From: a virus
UHGV virus genome: UHGV-1352483
Length of the DNA stretch: 64,000 bases
Direction: 5' to 3' (one strand)
Part shown: positions 58,695 to 64,000 of the stretch, in pieces
Position numbering within the stretch: position 1 is the stretch's first letter
How the letters are laid out: each line of letters opens with the position of its first letter
Notes under the pieces: model-generated
What the model saw: the letters and a program-made list of their open reading frames with translations, nothing else
Told to the model about the DNA's origin: nothing
Databases searched by the model: none
Translations under genes and position numbers: made by a program

Positions 58695-59693
58695 CTAGGT
58701 TAATTTTGTAATATTAAGACCACTAGCTGTATTGATAGCTGTAATTAAGGCATTCATTAGTGTATGACTGCCATCATCCTCTGCAACAATAGTAAGGTCT
58801 TTCTCAGATTTCTGAACTGATTCATTGCTACCAACATATGCAAAGTGGATATCCAATGTATCATATTTCTTACTCGGGTCAACAAGATAAGTAGTCCTGA
58901 TTATATTCGGGAAACCTACTCCTCTGTAAATGTCCCCTCTTTCACCCATACAGAAGTATTCAAGGTCTGCAATTTCCTTACCATCTTCTACTGAATTGGT
59001 AGAAGCAATCTTAGTTACTTTACCCCAAATAACATCGTCTCCATCAACAAGAACAGTAACAAATTGTACAGTAAATGGAATATATGCTACTGGCATAGTT
59101 CCCAATACCCATTTTTGTTCTACTTCTTCAAGATTCAATCCTGTGTAAGTACCTGTTAAATCAGATTCTTTTGTAGCATTGGTTACTTCAACAGATGTTG
59201 ATGCTGTAGTCAAATATACTTTAACCAAAGGTACATCATCCCTTGACATATTTTTAACCAATGATAATGCTAAAGTCTTGTAGAAGTTTGAAGCATTCAT
59301 ACCGACTCCTGCATGAACCATACCATATTTTACATAAGTATCTTCTTCAGATTGACCTACATAATGTCTGAAGAACAGTCTCAGGATATAATCTTGTCCT
59401 GCAACGGGTGCTCCTGTATTTACATCAGGGTCTAATACTACATGATGCAATGCTAAAGGATGAGCTAAAGCTTCAGATGAAGTAGCTTTTGCATACATCA
59501 CTGTCTTTAAATCAATGAGGTCTGTTCTTGTCATACCTCCTGCTCCCATGTATTCAAGATACATATGGTTCTTAGCTGTATCTGCTTTAGGTAAAATAGA
59601 ACCTACTGCATCAGTAGGAAGTAATTGATTATCTGTCTTTAATTCTTTTGCAACATAAAGTTGTCTGGCTTGATTTGTACTATAAACTGCCAT
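58695..59693 (-). CDS. abundant structural protein (possible auxiliary capsid/ring protein)
   Basis: 332 aa. Followed by its own terminator, which suggests high expression. Confidence 0.35.
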   Translation of the reverse strand: MAVYSTNQARQLYVAKELKTDNQLLPTDAVGSILPKADTAKNHMYLEYMGAGGMTRTDLIDLKTVMYAKATSSEALAHPLALHHVVLDPDVNTGAPVAGQDYILRLFFRHYVGQSEEDTYVKYGMVHAGVGMNASNFYKTLALSLVKNMSRDDVPLVKVYLTTASTSVEVTNATKESDLTGTYTGLNLEEVEQKWVLGTMPVAYIPFTVQFVTVLVDGDDVIWGKVTKIASTNSVEDGKEIADLEYFCMGERGDIYRGVGFPNIIRTTYLVDPSKKYDTLDIHFAYVGSNESVQKSEKDLTIVAEDDGSHTLMNALITAINTASGLNITKLT

Positions 59694-59735
59694 AATTTTT
59701 GGTGTTTAATTAAACAATAGTGTTATTTATTTTAT

Positions 59736-60419
59736 TTATCCTTTTTTCTGATACATCATTTCCTGAGCTAATGAAACTGCTCTATAAAGAATAGGTCTAT
59801 GTAAGGCTGAATTAAGTTCACATTCTGAGGCAGAACTTACTCCATTTATTGTAAGATTCATGGATTGTAAACTTTCCAGTATGATTGGTTTAGGCTTTCT
59901 AAGATACCTTACATAGTATTTCGATATATCATAAGGAGTTACTATTTCTATCTTATCGGCTGCATTCAATCTTAATGCCCTTCTTTCCCCTGCTCCCCTG
60001 AAAGGATTCTTACTTACTCTGTAATATTCGTCTAAAGTAACAGGTACGACAGGTATTTCCTTTCCACTTAAACATGGATAAGGACTGTCAATAGTCATAC
60101 TTTCATACAGTATGAAAAGCAGGTCATTTATACCAAAGACTTTAGAATCAGGGGAAATGGGGTTGGGATAATCCTTGATTATATCTGAGGAAGTTTTACT
60201 TGTAGAAGTAACAAGAGCACTTAAGTATTCTCTCAGTTCCTCTGTCTGTTCAAAAGATGTCCCAGTTACATCCCTCCCATTGTATAATTCAACAACAACC
60301 AGCTCCTGAGCTTCTGTCAGGAGAACCGATTTCTCATATTCAGTAAGTCCTGGAGCTGCATTTGACATAATATTGTTATAGTTTATATCAAACTCGCTGC
60401 TAAATTCTTGTAATGTCAT
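59736..60419 (-). CDS. structural protein
   Basis: 227-aa ORF. Confidence 0.4.
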   Translation of the reverse strand: MTLQEFSSEFDINYNNIMSNAAPGLTEYEKSVLLTEAQELVVVELYNGRDVTGTSFEQTEELREYLSALVTSTSKTSSDIIKDYPNPISPDSKVFGINDLLFILYESMTIDSPYPCLSGKEIPVVPVTLDEYYRVSKNPFRGAGERRALRLNAADKIEIVTPYDISKYYVRYLRKPKPIILESLQSMNLTINGVSSASECELNSALHRPILYRAVSLAQEMMYQKKG

Positions 60420-61438
60420 TCTTTTAATTTGGCTTCAATAGCAAACTTAAGTTCTTGATTCTTAGGATTGTTCAAATACTTAGCTGCAATATTCAATACT
60501 GGTTCTTCATTATGTCCACATAATGGAGAATTATCACTCTTTAAATAAAGATATCCACCTCTGTTAGATATAATCCCTGCTTCTACAGCCCTCTTAATCA
60601 ATACTTTAGTAGGTAACATAGGGTCTGTAATAACTCTAAGGAACATCTTACTGTCAGCTTGAATAAGCTCGTTTGCTTTTGTCTGTAAGAATTCTAGCTT
60701 AGTGTTAACTGACATAGGTCTTCCATCAATAGCTTCTATGATGGTTCTCAGGATATCTGCATCATTTTCTACTTTACCAAATTCCTTATAACATCTCATT
60801 GTACTGCTCATGTTATCCTTAGCAGTCTTGACTTCTTCTCCATCAGAGATAATGACAAACTGATAAGTAGCTTTAAAATGGTCTTCCATTTCCTGCATGG
60901 AAGGTGCTATATAGTCCTTATTGGCAAGTAATACTTTATATCTTATATAATCATCAGGAGAAGCCAGGTTGAATACATTATCTTGCTTATGTAAGGGAAC
61001 CTGGAAATTATCCCAATAATTATCTTTCTTTCTATAAATACTAAGGGCATCATATTCTAAGCCCATTATTTCCTCAAGGAATGCTTTTTCCTCATTTGTG
61101 AGAACATTAACATACATACCTGATTTAAGTACAGGTACAGTAAAGGTTCTTACTGCATTTTCAGCCATACCCCCATATAAAATATGTTTAGGGTTAGTGA
61201 CCATTCCAACTCTTGGAATATGCCTTACTGTAATTTTCTCATTCCTAAGACAACTTACTGTTGCTTTAGCTGATGATTGAACTCTAGCTCTCGTAAGAGG
61301 TTTATCATAAATAGTTGGTTCCTCTCTCTCATTAACAACTACTTCTGTAGTTGGCAATTCTGATACTGTTTCATCATCTACTGAAAATTCAGGTGCACTA
61401 TAATCTACTGTTTCTTCTACTTTTCCTTTTGTAGCCAT
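60416..61438 (-). CDS. structural protein
   Basis: 340 aa, ATGA overlap with the downstream gene. Confidence 0.4.
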   Translation of the reverse strand: MATKGKVEETVDYSAPEFSVDDETVSELPTTEVVVNEREEPTIYDKPLTRARVQSSAKATVSCLRNEKITVRHIPRVGMVTNPKHILYGGMAENAVRTFTVPVLKSGMYVNVLTNEEKAFLEEIMGLEYDALSIYRKKDNYWDNFQVPLHKQDNVFNLASPDDYIRYKVLLANKDYIAPSMQEMEDHFKATYQFVIISDGEEVKTAKDNMSSTMRCYKEFGKVENDADILRTIIEAIDGRPMSVNTKLEFLQTKANELIQADSKMFLRVITDPMLPTKVLIKRAVEAGIISNRGGYLYLKSDNSPLCGHNEEPVLNIAAKYLNNPKNQELKFAIEAKLKE

Positions 61439-61465
61439 ATTACTTCTCCGTTATAATATATAAAT

Positions 61466-61499
61466 AAAAAAAAAAGGAGGGAGTTCTAAGTCCCTCCCT
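61466..61499 (-). terminator. rho-independent terminator (- strand) after candidate major capsid protein gene
   Basis: On the - strand: GGAGGGA-CTTAGAAC-TCCCTCC, then T10. Confidence 0.55.
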
Positions 61500-61507
61500 A
61501 TTTGTTG

Positions 61508-63022
61508 TTAAGCTGCAAGAACAGCTGGTATAATCGACATTGTTCTTGTTGGGTCTAAGACACAAATACCAAGAGTTGCCATTCTATGGATAACAGCAGA
61601 ATCTTCATCGAAGGACATATAAGGATTACCCTTCTGCCCAGTGAACGGATTCCTAAGTCCCCATTGATAACCTCTGTATTCATTATCTCCCTTAATTTTA
61701 CATTTGAAGATATTCGGTTGGTCCATAGTACCAATGTACATGATATCATATCTGTAAGACATAGCTACACCTCCATTAGGATGCATAATCTTGTTTCTTA
61801 CTGGGTCGTCATAGAATGGGTCAACATCCACTTTAACTCTTACACCATTAGGTGCTTTAAACTCTACAAACTGATAACCAGCAGAAAGAGCATTTGAGTG
61901 TAACTTGGATTGAGTCTTTTCTACAACTCCAAGAGAACTATTATCAAGAACGAACTGAGTCCAGCCTGATACTACATCAAGAACAGCTTTATGGAATTGA
62001 ATAGCTCCCATTTCACCTGTCTTAAGTAAGAAGTATCTGTCACCAAAATCTAACTTAGCAGCAGAAAGTTGATACAATGCATCTTCAATCAATTTCAAAG
62101 AGAACTTATTGTAGTACATAGTATTGGATACTTCCATTTGTTCAAATAAACCCGCACCAGTCTTAATTACATTACCTGATTTACCAAAGTTCATGTATTC
62201 ACCATTAGCATTCCTGTTGGAAGTACCAAAGGCCATTACATTGTTCTTATATTCTGAGAATTGAGCTTCAACTTCAAAGTCTACATTGTGCATCCACATG
62301 GTAGCTACTGACTTAACAAGTTTACCACTTTCAGTTGGTTTCGTAATAGGAACACCAACAGCAAGTTTCTTATTAAGCATACTACCTGTAACCTTATGCT
62401 GAATTCTAACTACAGACCATTCATTCCTCATAGAAACTGGAGAAGTAAATCTTACATCACCAACTTTCCTTGAAAGTTCTTTTTCTACAGGAGCAAAGTC
62501 AATAGAGAATCTCTCTCCTCTTAACAGTCTTTCAGCAGGACAGCCAGTAGTATTACCACCCATCAATTCTACTTTATAAACTGCATTGGTTCCTTCCATT
62601 CTAGGGTCTCCTAAGATTCTGAAAGGATATACCTGATTCAAGTGACCTACAATAACTTCACCGTCTGCAAACCAATCTTCTCCAAATACAAGATAGAATG
62701 GAGCAGTACCTACACCAACATTGCCTGATGCTTCTGTAACTACAGTTCCGTTTTCGTCTCTGGCTTCAACAAGAGGAATATTCCTTCTTGAGCTGCCGAT
62801 TACATCCCAATAATATTCATTATCATCCTCAAATTCTCTTGTAGGGAATTGATTCAGGAATGTATCTAATGTTTTTCCTCTATAAAAAGCCAGCAACTGT
62901 ACCATAAGGTTTGTAGCCTTCTGGGGAGCAAGCTGGAAAATAGAGCCTAAGTGATTCTCTTTGGTCAGACCCTTCCAGTGTTGGAAGCCTACCATTTGAA
63001 ATTTACCTAATTTACCTGCCAT
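61508..63022 (-). CDS. candidate major capsid protein
   Basis: 504 aa. Position after a coiled-coil scaffold-like gene, a dedicated terminator and a size typical of crAss-like major capsid proteins. No motif-level confirmation possible by eye. Confidence 0.35.
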   Translation of the reverse strand: MAGKLGKFQMVGFQHWKGLTKENHLGSIFQLAPQKATNLMVQLLAFYRGKTLDTFLNQFPTREFEDDNEYYWDVIGSSRRNIPLVEARDENGTVVTEASGNVGVGTAPFYLVFGEDWFADGEVIVGHLNQVYPFRILGDPRMEGTNAVYKVELMGGNTTGCPAERLLRGERFSIDFAPVEKELSRKVGDVRFTSPVSMRNEWSVVRIQHKVTGSMLNKKLAVGVPITKPTESGKLVKSVATMWMHNVDFEVEAQFSEYKNNVMAFGTSNRNANGEYMNFGKSGNVIKTGAGLFEQMEVSNTMYYNKFSLKLIEDALYQLSAAKLDFGDRYFLLKTGEMGAIQFHKAVLDVVSGWTQFVLDNSSLGVVEKTQSKLHSNALSAGYQFVEFKAPNGVRVKVDVDPFYDDPVRNKIMHPNGGVAMSYRYDIMYIGTMDQPNIFKCKIKGDNEYRGYQWGLRNPFTGQKGNPYMSFDEDSAVIHRMATLGICVLDPTRTMSIIPAVLAA

Positions 63023-63053
63023 AATTGTCTTTATTTATCAATTAAAATATGTT

Positions 63054-64000
63054 TTATACATCTATACTATAACCCATATTTATGAATGATTCAGGGTCTT
63101 CCTGTACTCCACTGGCAAATTTAAGGTTTCCGTCAGAAGTTCTTGAGGTATTATTAAGAGTATGTTCCAACTCTTTCAAACGACTCTTTACTTCCTTTTT
63201 GACTTTACCACCTACGAGAGTATCCAATGTTTTAAATCCATCAGTCAATGTGAAGATTAATCCCAGTTTCTTCATAAATTCAACCCTGTTGTCCATCTCA
63301 TACTTCTGGATAGCTGTATAATACTCTCCAGTTTCAGGGTCTTTATAAACAGGTTTACTTATGGTGTCATATATTCTCTGACGGGTACTCCTATCAAGTT
63401 GTATTCCATCAAAGATTTTTTCATCACCAAGTAAAGACTTCTTTAAGTCCTCAGCCTGTTTCTTTCTTTCTTTTATCTCTTCTGCTTCAGCTTGTTTAGC
63501 TTCATCAATCATACCTTTGTACTTTTGATTGAAGTAATCTCTGTTGCTTTCCAAAGCTTCTTTTGCATCCTCAATATCAGTACCAGCATTAAAGGATTTC
63601 TCAACTTCTCTTTGAGCCCTTTCCTTACTGTATCCTCTGTTAACAAAGTCCTGATAAATCAGTTGTTTTCTTAAGGTTTCCCCCTTCTCGGTTTCATCTG
63701 AAATAACATCATCCTTGATAGAATCCAAGTAAGATAAAGTATTCTCATACTTCCTTATTTCACTTACTTCGATATCAGCATTCAAGGCTTCATCAATCCT
63801 TTTCTGTCTTTCATCAAGTCTGGATTGAATTGTTTTTTCAATAGTCTCTGCAAATTCCTCGGGTGTTTTAACCTTACTTGCAGTTTCATCATCAAGGTCT
63901 GGGAAGATACCTTCTTCTATTAAGGCTTTGGTTATGGAAGAGTAGAAGTTTTCTTTGGGAGAAGTACCATCATCTTTTATAGAATTGGTATCTTCCTTTG
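63054..64000 (-). CDS. acidic coiled-coil protein (scaffold-like), partial: extends beyond window
   Basis: The - strand frame stays open from 63785 to the window edge with no stop in 63786-64000. The track ORF 63054..63785 is therefore a lower bound and the true N-terminus lies outside the window. Confidence 0.45.
   Translation of the reverse strand, partial: KEDTNSIKDDGTSPKENFYSSITKALIEEGIFPDLDDETASKVKTPEEFAETIEKTIQSRLDERQKRIDEALNADIEVSEIRKYENTLSYLDSIKDDVISDETEKGETLRKQLIYQDFVNRGYSKERAQREVEKSFNAGTDIEDAKEALESNRDYFNQKYKGMIDEAKQAEAEEIKERKKQAEDLKKSLLGDEKIFDGIQLDRSTRQRIYDTISKPVYKDPETGEYYTAIQKYEMDNRVEFMKKLGLIFTLTDGFKTLDTLVGGKVKKEVKSRLKELEHTLNNTSRTSDGNLKFASGVQEDPESFINMGYSIDV

Noticed and set aside
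1-64000. Stop-codon reassignment (TAG or TGA recoding seen in some crAss-like lineages)
   Set aside because: Long uninterrupted ORFs with conventional stops exist on both strands, including late genes. No in-frame TAG or TGA clusters need to be read through.
1-64000. CRISPR arrays, integrase/attachment sites, IS elements
   Set aside because: No regularly spaced direct repeats, no tyrosine or serine recombinase motifs and no inverted-repeat-flanked transposase ORFs were found. Repeats present are homopolymer A/T tracts and terminator hairpins.

Overview
This 64 kb window looks like part of a crAss-like (Crassvirales-type) podophage of a Bacteroidota host. It is AT-rich with tightly packed genes and shows no integrase, CRISPR array or host housekeeping genes.

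Positions 1-41457 are a + strand replication and nucleotide-metabolism block: SF2 helicase, DnaB/gp4-like helicase, TOPRIM primase, family-A DNA polymerase with 3'-5' exonuclease, class II ribonucleotide reductase, dUTPase, ThyX, uracil-DNA glycosylase and PD-(D/E)xK nucleases. The block ends in two giant ORFs, 29412-37460 (2682 aa) and 37462-41457 (1331 aa). The first carries a DFDID double-psi beta-barrel catalytic motif typical of crAss-like virion-packaged RNA polymerases.

Positions 41556-64000 are a convergent - strand structural block: a candidate major capsid protein, a 1488-aa muzzle-like protein and cargo-like proteins of 1682, 965 and 550 aa. The two blocks meet at a bidirectional terminator near 41500.

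The two most unusual items:
1. A Ro60/TROVE+vWA (Rsr-like) protein at 1293-2741. It is followed directly by two tandem tRNA-like non-coding RNAs (2842-2971 and 2977-3107). This is the architecture of bacterial Ro60-Y RNA (YrlA-type) modules, which is not expected in a crAss-like phage.
2. A terminator-delimited cassette at 12758-16121 encoding three proteins: one whose C-terminus looks like a beta-grasp strand ending in GG plus a short tail, then a JAB/MPN (JAMM motif) metalloprotease, then a ThiF/MoeB-type E1. The JAB start codon overlaps the GG codons. This looks like a ubiquitin-like conjugation/deconjugation module.

Other features:
- A recurrent TAA-A(9-12)-ATG poly-A motif sits immediately upstream of many start codons.
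- There are two vWA proteins.
- A membrane-anchored retropepsin-like aspartic protease is encoded among the early genes.
- A membrane-anchored glucosaminidase-type cell-wall hydrolase is also encoded in this block.
- Candidate Bacteroidetes-type TAnnTTTG promoters precede the RNAP gene and one structural gene.
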